Shown: positions 8,465 to 17,695 of the stretch, piece after piece
Layout of the letters: each line of letters begins with the position of its first letter
Position numbering within the stretch: the first letter of the stretch is position 1
Origin: Candidatus Iainarchaeum sp.
GTDB lineage: Archaea; Iainarchaeota; Iainarchaeia; Iainarchaeales; JAZDDZ01
Length of the DNA stretch: 64,000 nucleotides
Reading direction: 5' to 3'
Assembly: GCA_043809245.1 (NCBI GenBank)
Contig: JAZDDZ010000023.1
Coordinates: 2,821-66,820 of the forward strand
The notes under the pieces: model-generated
What the model was told of the DNA's origin: nothing
What the model saw: only the letters and a program-made list of their open reading frames with translations
Database searches by the model: none
Position numbers and translations under genes: made by a program

Positions 8465-9564
8465 TGGGCGATGAAAGGTTCATGGAGCGGGCTTTGCGGC
8501 TTGCATTGAAAGCGCATAGAAGTGAAGTGAAAACAAATCCATTGGTTGGCTGTGTTATAGAGAGGAATGGAAGCGTTGTTGGGGAAGGATGGCATAAAAG
8601 GTTTGGGGGAGCGCACGCAGAAGCGAATGCGTTAAGGGCAGCAGGAAGAAAAGCCGACGGAGCAACGATGCATGTTACGCTTGAACCCTGCTGCCATGAA
8701 GGAGAGGAAAAGAAGACGCCCTGCTGCATGCCGAGGATAGCGGAAGCGGGAATAAAAAAAGTTTTTGTTGGAATGCCTGACCCGAACCCGAAAGTGAATG
8801 GAAAAGGAATCGCGGAGTTGAGAAGGCGAGGAGTGAAAGTTGAGGTTCTTGGGGAAGGAAAATTAAAGGAAAAAATTCAGGAAATTAATAAATTCTACAT
8901 AACTGCTTCCTTGTTGCGCCGGCCTTTCGCTCTGTTAAAGCTCGCGATCAGCGCTGACGGAAAAATTGGTTACCCGCCTAAAAGCCGCAGAAAATGGATT
9001 TCCTCGCAGAAAAGCAGGCTTTTGGTGCAGAAATTGAGGAAGGGGTTTGATGCTGTTTTATGCGGAATAGGCACTATTTTAGCAGATAATCCAAGGCTTA
9101 CCTGCAGAATTAACCACACTAAACAGCCTTTAAGAGTGGTTATTGACTCCAAGGCGAGGATTCCACTGCATTCACGCTGCTTACTGAATGAGGAAGGGAA
9201 CACACTTATTGCCTGCACGAAAAAAGCGCCTTTTGAAAGGCTTTTGGCGCTGGCTGAAAAGGGGGCAATCGTGCTTGTTGTAAAGGAAAAAAAAGGCGAA
9301 GTTGACCTTAAAGACCTGTTTTCAAAGCTTGCCTTGCTTGGGGTTCAAGGGGTTCTGGTTGAAGGCGGTGCAAGGATAGCGGAAAGCTTGCTGGAAGAAA
9401 AGCTGGTTGACAGCTTGGTGCTTTTCATTGCGCCAAAAAAAATTCCAAAAGGGGTTAAGGCGCCCGCGGAAGAAATTTTTGAAGCGTTAAGGGGAAGGAA
9501 AATCACGCTATTGAAATCAGGCAGGGATTTTGTTTTGGAAACCGAACTGGGCAGCATTAAATAA
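8464..9564 (+). CDS. ribD: Bifunctional RibD-like deaminase/reductase (riboflavin biosynthesis)
   Basis: N-terminal CMP/dCMP-type deaminase zinc motif (HAE...PCCHEG...PCC). C-terminal RibD_C/DHFR-like reductase domain (LKLAISADGKIG..., GVLVEGG). Confidence 0.7.
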   Translation: MGDERFMERALRLALKAHRSEVKTNPLVGCVIERNGSVVGEGWHKRFGGAHAEANALRAAGRKADGATMHVTLEPCCHEGEEKKTPCCMPRIAEAGIKKVFVGMPDPNPKVNGKGIAELRRRGVKVEVLGEGKLKEKIQEINKFYITASLLRRPFALLKLAISADGKIGYPPKSRRKWISSQKSRLLVQKLRKGFDAVLCGIGTILADNPRLTCRINHTKQPLRVVIDSKARIPLHSRCLLNEEGNTLIACTKKAPFERLLALAEKGAIVLVVKEKKGEVDLKDLFSKLALLGVQGVLVEGGARIAESLLEEKLVDSLVLFIAPKKIPKGVKAPAEEIFEALRGRKITLLKSGRDFVLETELGSIK

Positions 9565-9594
9565 AAGCTTGAACTAATTTTTGCTGTGATGCAA

Positions 9595-9753
9595 ATGGCA
9601 AAGAAAAAAATGAATACATGCTATGAATGCGCTTACGGAATGCCGGAGAAAGAAGGGGACATTGCAAAGCCAGGGCTGGTTGAATTGTGGTGCAGCAAAA
9701 AAGAAGAGTACATTATAGGGCAGCTTTCCTGCGAAGAAGGGAAATGGGAATAG
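9595..9753 (+). CDS. Small Cys4 (zinc-ribbon-like) protein; below the ORF-track cutoff
   Basis: 52 aa, MAKKKMNTCYECAYGMPEK...WCSKK...LSCEEGKWE. Contains C-x2-C plus two distal Cys in a clean intergenic slot. Not in the supplied track because it is under 60 aa. Confidence 0.3.
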   Translation: MAKKKMNTCYECAYGMPEKEGDIAKPGLVELWCSKKEEYIIGQLSCEEGKWE

Positions 9754-9756
9754 CCA

Positions 9757-10806
9757 CTAACAATTGAATCCGAGTCCTTCAACCGAGATTTCCGCCTTGT
9801 TTCCCAATTCGCCTTTCACTTCAAATGAAACTCCAAGTATTTTTTCGCAAACCGCAATGTTGTTGAGCGCGTGCTCCGTTAAATTCGTGCAGGAAATTTC
9901 GCTTTTCCCTTTTGCAAGCGCCATGAATGGAATCAATTGGTCTGAGAGGTGCCGGTCAACTGGCGCCTTTGCCGCGAGTTCCTCAAGCAATTTTTGCGCT
10001 GCCTCTTTTCCCACTCTTTCAGATGGCTTGCCTTTTTCGCCCAAGGCGTTTGCGCCCAAAACAGCCCCTGATGAAAAGAAAGCTAAAACATCAATGGAAG
10101 AGCCGATTGTTTCAGTGCTTTCAATTGAGTTAATTTTTTCTTCAAAGTCAATGTTAAGTGAAGCCAGTTGTTTTTTCGCGGAAGCAGCCTGATTGGTTGC
10201 AACTTCTTTCGGCAAAGAAGCGCACTGCGAGAAAATTTTGATGAACTGCAGTTCGCCTAACTCAATCAAATTGATTGGCTTTAATGGAAGCTGCGCTGGA
10301 AGGGACTTGAATGAAATCGCGCCGTTTCCTTTTGGGTAAAAGCCTGGCTTGATTAATTTGCATTCAAATTTTGCGCCCATTGCCTTGAGTTTTGGGAACA
10401 AAACTTCCGAGAGATAATTGTGAGAGGGCGCCCATTTCACATCTGTTCCGCCCTGAACTCTTAACTCAATTTTTTCCTGAAGCGCTGGAAAAAGAACCGG
10501 CTGAAGCACCAAAGAAGTGCTGCCTGCAGTGCCAACATTCACTGCCAGTTTTGTTTGGCGGGTTTCCCTTGGAGAAAAAAAAACCTCTTTGGAGTTAAGC
10601 CTTGCCCAGTTAACTTGCGCTCCGCAGATTCTTGCAACTGACTGCAAGCCTGTGAGGTGCTGTGCCTGCAGGCCGGGGTTTGGGCGGTTTGTGCGGATGC
10701 TTGAAATTTTCACCTGCTTTCCAGTGAGTGAGCTTAATCCAATTGATGTGCGCAGAACCTGCCCTCCTGCCTCTCCGTTTATTTCAATCATGAAATATCC
10801 TTGCAT
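9757..10806 (-). CDS. rtcA: RNA 3'-terminal phosphate cyclase
   Basis: N-terminal signature EINGEAGGQVLRTSIGLSSLTGKQVKISSIRTNRPNPGLQAQHLTGL. Length 349 aa. Confidence 0.85.
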   Translation of the reverse strand: MQGYFMIEINGEAGGQVLRTSIGLSSLTGKQVKISSIRTNRPNPGLQAQHLTGLQSVARICGAQVNWARLNSKEVFFSPRETRQTKLAVNVGTAGSTSLVLQPVLFPALQEKIELRVQGGTDVKWAPSHNYLSEVLFPKLKAMGAKFECKLIKPGFYPKGNGAISFKSLPAQLPLKPINLIELGELQFIKIFSQCASLPKEVATNQAASAKKQLASLNIDFEEKINSIESTETIGSSIDVLAFFSSGAVLGANALGEKGKPSERVGKEAAQKLLEELAAKAPVDRHLSDQLIPFMALAKGKSEISCTNLTEHALNNIAVCEKILGVSFEVKGELGNKAEISVEGLGFNC

Positions 10807-10827
10807 TAAAAAATCTTAAAAACTGCA

Positions 10828-11985
10828 TTAGCCTGTTTTTTCGTTGAACCACTTCATGCCTAACAGCGCAATCAGCAGGGCGGCAAGGGAAATCACGCCG
10901 GAAATTATCAGGGGCGCGGCGTAGCCGAATTGTTCCGCTATCGGGCCGAATAAAAGCGAGCCAACAAACATTCCGATTGTTCCGATGAGAAAGATTGCTG
11001 AGGAGTTTCCGCCAATTCTTGCGTTGAGAAAAAGCCTTGAAAAGCCAAGAAGAATCGTCAAGTCGAATAATGCGTCGCCTATTTCGTGTACGCCCCTGAA
11101 AAAAACCGAAACAAGCGGCATTGGAATAGTCATCGCGATATGGCCTATTGCGCTGAGCAGAATTGCCGCGAAAAGAAAGTTCCTTGGCTTCTGGCTTGAA
11201 TCAATTTTTTTTCCAGCCCATAAAACGAATGGGACTATTGCGATTATTCCCGCTGCCATGTAAAGCGCTGACTGGAAGAAATCCAGGCCGAGGTTTTCAC
11301 GCAGGAAAGGCGTGAATGCAATCCTTTCAGCGCCCCAGTGAAGAGTGAAAAGAAAGTAAACCAATGCAAGGACAATTACGTTGCGGTTAAACAAGTCCCC
11401 TTTGTATTCGGCAAGGCTTTCCCTTTGCACTTTTGCTTCAGGCAGCAAAACCACGGAAAATAAAAGTATGAAGTAAAGGGCAGCCATCAGGAGGAAAACC
11501 GATGTGAAGGGAAGGAATTGGAGTAGGAAGCCGCCCAAAAGAAAGCCTGCGCCTGCGCCGAGAAAGTTTGCGGAAGTGTAAACGCTGAATTCCCTTCCCT
11601 TTTTTTGCTCAACTTTTTTTAAGACAAACGAGCTGATTGAGGTGTCTGAAATGTTGCTGCCCATTCCTCCAATGAACAGGAGAACGCAAAGCAGCGTAAA
11701 AGAGGAAGTGAATGCAAGGCCAAGGTAATGCAGGAGCAAAAGAAGCAGGCCCAGGAAAAGAAGGTTTCTAACAGTGAAGCGGTCATTGAAAAGGCCTGTT
11801 GGGAAAGTGAAAAAAAGCGAGGGAATCGCGTATGCAGCGAAAAGCACGCCTATCTGCAGTCCGTCAAAGCCAAGCGAAAGAAAGTACAGGGGCAGGAAAA
11901 AATACGTGGAGAAAAGGAACGCTTTTCTGCAGAAATTGATTGCATAGGCAAGCCTTAAGCCGTTCATTTGAGAGTGATGTGCCAA
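10828..11985 (-). CDS. MFS transporter
   Basis: About 12 predicted TM helices with MFS-like loop motifs. 385 aa. Confidence 0.7.
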   Translation of the reverse strand: MAHHSQMNGLRLAYAINFCRKAFLFSTYFFLPLYFLSLGFDGLQIGVLFAAYAIPSLFFTFPTGLFNDRFTVRNLLFLGLLLLLLHYLGLAFTSSFTLLCVLLFIGGMGSNISDTSISSFVLKKVEQKKGREFSVYTSANFLGAGAGFLLGGFLLQFLPFTSVFLLMAALYFILLFSVVLLPEAKVQRESLAEYKGDLFNRNVIVLALVYFLFTLHWGAERIAFTPFLRENLGLDFFQSALYMAAGIIAIVPFVLWAGKKIDSSQKPRNFLFAAILLSAIGHIAMTIPMPLVSVFFRGVHEIGDALFDLTILLGFSRLFLNARIGGNSSAIFLIGTIGMFVGSLLFGPIAEQFGYAAPLIISGVISLAALLIALLGMKWFNEKTG

Positions 11986-12019
11986 AAAATTATTAATCTC
12001 TATCCACTTAAATTAGCCT

Positions 12020-12940
12020 ATGAACGTACTTGTCACCGGCGGAAACGGCTTTGTTGGAAAGGAATTGGTCAAAGAGCTAGTGGCCAGAAGGCTAAATGTT
12101 TTTCGCTTCAGCAAATCGCGCGGGCAGGACATCACTAAAAAATACGATGTGGAGAATGCATTGCATGGAATTGACATTGTATTTCATTTGGCTGCCGTGG
12201 TTGACGAGTCTGTTTCCGCGGAAAAAATGTTTGAAGTTAACGTTAAGGGAACAGAGAACCTGGTTGAGGCTGCGGCTAAAGCGAAAGTAAAGCAGTTCAT
12301 TTTTTTGAGCACGGTTGGAGTAATGGGAAACATCAAAGGCAGGGCGAATGAAAAGGACGCATTTGCCCCGGCAACGAATTACGAGAAATCAAAGGCGGAT
12401 GCGGAAAGAATTGTTTTGTCTTTCCAGGAAGCTCTGCCGGTAACGGTTGTAAGGGCTGCATTGGTTTTGGGGGCAAACCATTACTGGTGCGAAATTTTGA
12501 AAGCGGTGAGGAAGGGGTTTCCGGTTATTGGCTCAGGGGAAAACCATTTCCAGACAATTTACGTTAAGGATTTGGCTGAAGCGCTTTTGCTTGTGATGAA
12601 CAAAGAGGAATGCTTTGGGGAAACATTTATCGCGGCAGGGGATGACACGCCAACACTGAACGAGTTTTATGCAATGGCACAAAAGGCTTTGGGTGCAAAA
12701 GGAAAGGTGAAGCACGTTCCGGTTTGGTTAGCTAAAATAATGGGGCGGTTTGAGGAAATCAAGGCAGAGCTTTTCGGCGGAAAGCCCTTGCTTTTGCCTG
12801 AATACATTGAAAGGCTTGTGAGAGAACGTTATTATTTCACGGAGAAATTGAAATCAGTTGGCTGGAAGCCGAAGTATTCGGTTGAAACAGCATTGAAGGA
12901 AACTGTTGATTCTTGCATTATGAAACAGTGGAACTGTTAA
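12020..12940 (+). CDS. NAD-dependent epimerase/dehydratase (SDR family)
   Basis: N-terminal VLVTGGNGFVGKEL Rossmann motif and the extended-SDR layout. Confidence 0.75.
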   Translation: MNVLVTGGNGFVGKELVKELVARRLNVFRFSKSRGQDITKKYDVENALHGIDIVFHLAAVVDESVSAEKMFEVNVKGTENLVEAAAKAKVKQFIFLSTVGVMGNIKGRANEKDAFAPATNYEKSKADAERIVLSFQEALPVTVVRAALVLGANHYWCEILKAVRKGFPVIGSGENHFQTIYVKDLAEALLLVMNKEECFGETFIAAGDDTPTLNEFYAMAQKALGAKGKVKHVPVWLAKIMGRFEEIKAELFGGKPLLLPEYIERLVRERYYFTEKLKSVGWKPKYSVETALKETVDSCIMKQWNC

Positions 12941-12943
12941 CGC

Positions 12944-13735
12944 CTATTTCTTTTCTTTTCCGGCTTTTTTTACCGCACTTGTGAGCTTCTTGAATGTTTC
13001 AGCCATTTTTTGTTTTCCGCCAAGCGCTGCGTCCTCTATCGCGGTTCCGACGTGGATTATGTCAGCTCCGGCTTTAATTGTGTCATAGGCGAATTTTTCG
13101 TTGCGTACTCCTCCCGCTACAAGCAAGGGAATGCCAACAAGCTTTTTTGTTTGCTTTACCATTTCCTCTGGAGCGGGGCTTGGAGCGCCTCCGCCGCTTT
13201 CAAGAATAATAAGCTTTGAGCCCATGAACTGGCCGGCCAAAGCGGTTATTGCGCCGAGGTAGGGGAGTTCGCGGGGAATTGCTTTTGCCCTTCCAATCCA
13301 GCCGACTGCCCTTCCCGGTTCAACTATAATGTAAGAGGTTGGAATGACCTCTAAACCCATTTTTTTAATCGGCAAAGAGGAAGCGGTCTGCGCGCCGGTA
13401 ATCCAGTAAGGGTCCAAAGAGTTTAGCATGCTCATGAAGTAAATTGCGTCAGCATGCTTGGAAAGTGTTGCAATGTTTCCGGGAAAAAGAATCACTGGCA
13501 GGGAAGAATTTTCTTTCAATGCGAGAATTGTCTTGTCCAATAACTCGCCTTGCGCTCCAACGCTGCCGCCGACCGCAAATGCGTCCAAGCCGTTTTCTTC
13601 CGCGGTTTTCGCGAGCGCTGGAATGTCCTTTAACTCGAATTTAGGCGGGTCCAATTGCAAAAAGGTCAGCCCGCCGTCTTCGGCTATCCTTTTCTGGATC
13701 CACTTGTAAACCTTTCCTTCAATCATGGGGTTCAA
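12944..13735 (-). CDS. Geranylgeranylglyceryl phosphate synthase (PcrB/GGGPS family)
   Basis: TIM-barrel PcrB-like sequence (DAFAVGGS..., ILESGGGAPSP, LLVAGGVR). An archaeal ether-lipid enzyme. Annotated from a TTG start. An ATG three codons in (MIEGK) is also possible. Confidence 0.85.
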   Translation of the reverse strand: MNPMIEGKVYKWIQKRIAEDGGLTFLQLDPPKFELKDIPALAKTAEENGLDAFAVGGSVGAQGELLDKTILALKENSSLPVILFPGNIATLSKHADAIYFMSMLNSLDPYWITGAQTASSLPIKKMGLEVIPTSYIIVEPGRAVGWIGRAKAIPRELPYLGAITALAGQFMGSKLIILESGGGAPSPAPEEMVKQTKKLVGIPLLVAGGVRNEKFAYDTIKAGADIIHVGTAIEDAALGGKQKMAETFKKLTSAVKKAGKEKK

Positions 13736-13739
13736 TCCT

Positions 13740-15086
13740 TTGGATGAAAAGGGTATGTGAACTACCTACTACTGAAGCGGTTGGTACACTTTAAACTCAT
13801 CCGTTTCAGTTGCATGGCTTTTTGCTTCATTAAACCACCTTGCCCAATTGCTTGAGTAGAGGGCAGTTCTCTTGCAAGGACCGGTTCCCGGCCCGTGAAC
13901 CTGTAGAGAATGTTCTTAGCTGCATTCAAATCACGGTCTAACTCCATTCCACAGGAATCACACTTGAAGGTACGCTGCCAAAGAGGCATATCCTTCAAAT
14001 ACCCGCAATTACAGCATTCCCTAGAAGTATTTATAGGATTAACGTTCACCACTCTGCAACCAGCACTCTCAGCCTTGAAGCAAAGCATTTGTAAAAAACG
14101 ACCCCAAGAAGCATCAACAACATTCCTTGCATTGTAAGAAGAACGCACAATGCCGGCGATGTTTAAATCTTCAACAACAATAGTTTTGCATTTTGCAACA
14201 TATTTGCTTGAAATCTTATGAAGAAAATCTTTGCGTGCTCTTAATACATTATCGTGAATTTTTGCAACACGCAATCTTGCCTTCAACCTATTCTTGCTTC
14301 CGCGCTTCTTTCGAGCCAGATTTCTTTGCGCAATAACCATTTTTTCAGCATACTTGTCAATGTTATGCGGGTGCGCGACAACACAACCCTTACTGTCAAC
14401 AAGAAAATGATTGACCCCTAAATCAATGCCAACAACAGCATCACCGCAAACCCGCTTAGCGACAGCATCAGTAATAATTATAGCATACCATTTGCCACAA
14501 CGATTCTTCAGTGTAACCTGCTTAATGCGACCATCAAAAGGTCTATGAAGCTTAACATTAATGCCCCCAATTTTGCTCAACTCCAAAATACCCTTTTTCG
14601 CCTTTGTCTGGCTTAGCCTGAAACCTGACTGATTGTAGGAAAACGTCTTAAACCACTCCCGACCCTTAAAACGTAACTTCCCTACATTCCTGCCAATCCT
14701 CTTTAATGCTGCCAAGGAACGCAAATTTGCACGCAGCCTGCCGCACTCAGGTTGCAGAGCCTTGGAATAAACTCCATTAAATTCAGGGCTTTTTTCCTTT
14801 AATTCTACTAGTGAATGCTGCAATTCTCCAACATCAATCTTTCCCTGAACAGATTGAAAATTCAGTTTCTCCAACAAAAAATTATAAGCCTGACGACACA
14901 ACTCCAAAGAATTCTCCAAACCCGCGATCTGCACACGATTAGGATACAGCCTATACTCAAAAGCCAACAATGGTAATCCCAATATAAAAAACAATTTTTC
15001 CAATATATAAACAATTGGAGACAGTAGATTGCCACTGCCAAACCAAAAAAGGAACGCAAAGATTTTTCTTTGCAGGATTTATTGTT
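13740..15086 (-). mobile_element. tnpB-only IS605-family (IS1341-like) element filling the GGGPS-MBL intergenic space
   Basis: tnpB occupies essentially all DNA between the GGGPS start and the MBL-hydrolase stop. The 3' end (13757-13780, gtgaactacct...ctgaagcgg) is homologous to the 3' end of the IS200 element at 34505-34532. Confidence 0.6.
13762..15003 (-). CDS. tnpB: IS200/IS605-family TnpB (OrfB) RNA-guided nuclease/transposase
   Basis: N-terminal YRLYPN motif, RuvC-like blocks and a C-terminal zinc finger (CDSCGMELDRDLNAAKNIL). The likely true start is slightly internal. Confidence 0.85.
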   Translation of the reverse strand: MEKLFFILGLPLLAFEYRLYPNRVQIAGLENSLELCRQAYNFLLEKLNFQSVQGKIDVGELQHSLVELKEKSPEFNGVYSKALQPECGRLRANLRSLAALKRIGRNVGKLRFKGREWFKTFSYNQSGFRLSQTKAKKGILELSKIGGINVKLHRPFDGRIKQVTLKNRCGKWYAIIITDAVAKRVCGDAVVGIDLGVNHFLVDSKGCVVAHPHNIDKYAEKMVIAQRNLARKKRGSKNRLKARLRVAKIHDNVLRARKDFLHKISSKYVAKCKTIVVEDLNIAGIVRSSYNARNVVDASWGRFLQMLCFKAESAGCRVVNVNPINTSRECCNCGYLKDMPLWQRTFKCDSCGMELDRDLNAAKNILYRFTGREPVLARELPSTQAIGQGGLMKQKAMQLKRMSLKCTNRFSSR

Positions 15087-15740
15087 CTATATGTTTACAT
15101 CGCCTAGGGAAACAATGTTTTTCTTCTGCTTTTCCTTTCCTTTCAATAGTTCACCGTGGCCAGGCAAGAGCACGGAGAAATCCTGTTTCGCGAGCAATTG
15201 CAGCGAGGAAAGCAGTTGCTTTGCATTGCTTGAGGGAAGGTCGGTTCTGCCTATCCCTCCTTTGAATAATGTGTCGCCTGAGAAAAGCAGGCCAAGGCGC
15301 TGCTCTAAAAAGCAGACTCCTCCTGCAGTGTGGCCAGGGGTGTGAAGAACCTTTAAAGTGAAAGGGGAAAGGGAGATTGTTTCGTTTGGCTTTAAAAAAT
15401 TTTTTATTTTTTTTGGAAATTCTTCGTTGAACCAGTTGTTTGCCGTAAGCAAATCGTTTCTTTCATTCACTGGCTTTGCGCCCGCTTCATGCATTCTTAT
15501 CTCTGCTTTGGGGAAGAGGCTGTCTGCGCCCCAGTGGTCTGCGTGGGAGTGTGTGTGCAGAATCAAACGGATGTCATTGAAGGAAATGCCTGCCTTTGAA
15601 AGAAGTTCAGCCAAATTTTTCTTGTTTGAGGAAAGCCCTGAATCAATCAGCGCGGGGGCTGCCCCGTTGAGGAGATATGCGTTGCAGCTTTCATTGGATG
15701 AAATCAGGGAAAAAAGGTTTGGCGCGGTTTCTTCTATCAT
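15087..15740 (-). CDS. MBL-fold metallo-hydrolase
   Basis: HTHSHADHWG metal-binding motif plus downstream His/Asp ligands. 217 aa. Confidence 0.75.
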   Translation of the reverse strand: MIEETAPNLFSLISSNESCNAYLLNGAAPALIDSGLSSNKKNLAELLSKAGISFNDIRLILHTHSHADHWGADSLFPKAEIRMHEAGAKPVNERNDLLTANNWFNEEFPKKIKNFLKPNETISLSPFTLKVLHTPGHTAGGVCFLEQRLGLLFSGDTLFKGGIGRTDLPSSNAKQLLSSLQLLAKQDFSVLLPGHGELLKGKEKQKKNIVSLGDVNI

Positions 15741-15775
15741 CTGAATGTTTTTTGCAGCAAAGGAATTAAAAGGAT

Positions 15776-17131
15776 TTGAAGCTAGAGTTTATAGAAAAGG
15801 TGAAAAGCGTGGAAAAGGATTCTGCTGATGCGTTAAGGCTGATTGAAAGGGTTTCCTCTTCAACCGGGAAAAGCCTGGAGGAGGTTAAGGCATTGGTTGA
15901 GGGAAAAAAGGCTAAGTTTTCGGGTTTGCTTAGCGAGGCAGGCGCGGCAATAATCGTGGCAAGGGAGTTAGGCATTGAATCAGGCCTTGGGAAAGGCTTT
16001 GCGGAAACAATGAAGGTATCGCAGTTAGAGGATGGAATGCACGCGGTTGATTTGACTGCAAGGGTTATGCAGGTTTTTGCCCCGAAAAAATTTGAAAAAG
16101 GAAAAAAGAAAGGAGTTTTATGCAGCTTGGTTGTAGCGGATGAAACAGGGGAAATTCGGCTGACCTTATGGCACCAGGATGTGAAAAGGCTTGAGGAATT
16201 AAAGATTGAAAGGGGTGACGCGCTGCATTTAAGCAATTGCTTTGTTTCAAGCTTTCAGGAAAAAAAACAGCTGAACTTTTCATACAATTCGGAAATGAAA
16301 ATCGCTGAAAAAAGCGAGGGCCTGCCGAATCTCATTGTTGCAAAGCCAAAGCTCGCGGAGTTAAGCGCGGGAATGAATAACGTGGACGTGTACGCAAGGA
16401 TTGGGAGAATTTTTGAAGTTAAGGAATTTGAAAGCAAGGGAAGGAAAGGCGGCTTGCTTGGATTTGAGGCATTTGATGAAACAGGAAGAGTTAGGGCGGT
16501 TGCATGGAATGAATTGGTTGACGAAGTGAAAAAACTGAAGGAAAATTATTTTGTGAAAATTGAGGGCGCTTACACTAAAGAATCATTGAACGGAGCTGCG
16601 GAACTGCATTTGGGCTGGCAGTCAAGAGTGCTGCTGAATCCGAAAAACCATTCAATGCCGGAGTTAAGCGCCATGAAGGCAAAAGAATTTGGGGAAAAGG
16701 CATTGAATGCTTTTGCTGAAAATGACCGCGCAATGGTTAAGGCAAAAATATCCGAAGTGTTCAATTCCCGCCTGTTTTTTATTTCCTGCCCAAAATGCAA
16801 GAAAAGGGTTGAAGCAATAGGGGAAACTTTTTTATGCGACAACTGCGGGGAAGTGAAAGAGCCCTTGGTGAAGGCGCTGGCTTCACTTGAGTTAAGCGAC
16901 GGAACGGATTCCATTAGATGCGTTTTGTTCGGAGAAGAAGCGGAAAAGGTTTTGGGATTCAAGGCAAAAGAACTGAAAGAAAAATCAGAGAAAGAGGACT
17001 TGGAAATGCTGTTTGATTCATTCAGGGACAAGCTGCTCGGAAAAGAAATCATGCTGCAGGCGAAAGCGAAGAAAGCTTTTGAGGGAGTGGGATTGGAACT
17101 GATTGCGGAAAAAGTATTGGAAGTGAAATGA
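15776..17131 (+). CDS. rpa: Replication protein A (RPA), multi-OB-fold with C-terminal zinc ribbon
   Basis: Tandem OB-fold segments and a CPKCKKRVEAIGETFLCDNCG zinc ribbon. The first in-frame start in the track is TTG. GTG at 15800 is an alternative start. Confidence 0.8.
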   Translation: MKLEFIEKVKSVEKDSADALRLIERVSSSTGKSLEEVKALVEGKKAKFSGLLSEAGAAIIVARELGIESGLGKGFAETMKVSQLEDGMHAVDLTARVMQVFAPKKFEKGKKKGVLCSLVVADETGEIRLTLWHQDVKRLEELKIERGDALHLSNCFVSSFQEKKQLNFSYNSEMKIAEKSEGLPNLIVAKPKLAELSAGMNNVDVYARIGRIFEVKEFESKGRKGGLLGFEAFDETGRVRAVAWNELVDEVKKLKENYFVKIEGAYTKESLNGAAELHLGWQSRVLLNPKNHSMPELSAMKAKEFGEKALNAFAENDRAMVKAKISEVFNSRLFFISCPKCKKRVEAIGETFLCDNCGEVKEPLVKALASLELSDGTDSIRCVLFGEEAEKVLGFKAKELKEKSEKEDLEMLFDSFRDKLLGKEIMLQAKAKKAFEGVGLELIAEKVLEVK

Positions 17132-17139
17132 AAAAAAAA

Positions 17140-17664
17140 TCAGAGCAAATATTTGTTTGTTACGCCGCGCCTTCTTAAAAATATGTAAAGCTTGTGTAGC
17201 TTTCCTCCAATTTCCTTTTCAAGCCCTCTTTCAAGTTCAAAGAATTTTTCATTCATAAATTTCTCATACCCTGAATTCTTTATCCCCTTTGCTTCCTCTT
17301 CCCCGTGCCTTGCAAGCGCTTTTTCAATTTCACCAACCAATTTTGGCTGCGCCTTTCTTAATCTTTCAAAACTGTATCCTGATTTATTTAATTTTTCTAT
17401 TCCATGCTGTCCTTTCCCAAACATTAGCTTGAAATTAAAAGTCCAAAGCCATTCAGAGTCTTGTATAACAAAACCAGTAACTCTATAGTATTCGCGCCTT
17501 GCCTTTTCCGGCATCTTCTCTTTTTTTTTCTGGCGTTCCATTTTTTCTTCAAAAGACAGCTTCAAATATTTTTCACGAGAAGGCATTCTGGCACGATACT
17601 GGCTTGTCAGCTTTGTTAGTTTCCGCCATTGTGTGGCGGTCATTGGCCTTCCGACTTGCCTCAT
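17140..17664 (-). CDS. Hypothetical protein
   Basis: 174-aa ORF in a clean slot. No recognisable motif. Confidence 0.35.
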   Translation of the reverse strand: MRQVGRPMTATQWRKLTKLTSQYRARMPSREKYLKLSFEEKMERQKKKEKMPEKARREYYRVTGFVIQDSEWLWTFNFKLMFGKGQHGIEKLNKSGYSFERLRKAQPKLVGEIEKALARHGEEEAKGIKNSGYEKFMNEKFFELERGLEKEIGGKLHKLYIFLRRRGVTNKYLL

Positions 17665-17695
17665 AAAATAAGTATAGTCTTATTATAATAAAAAA

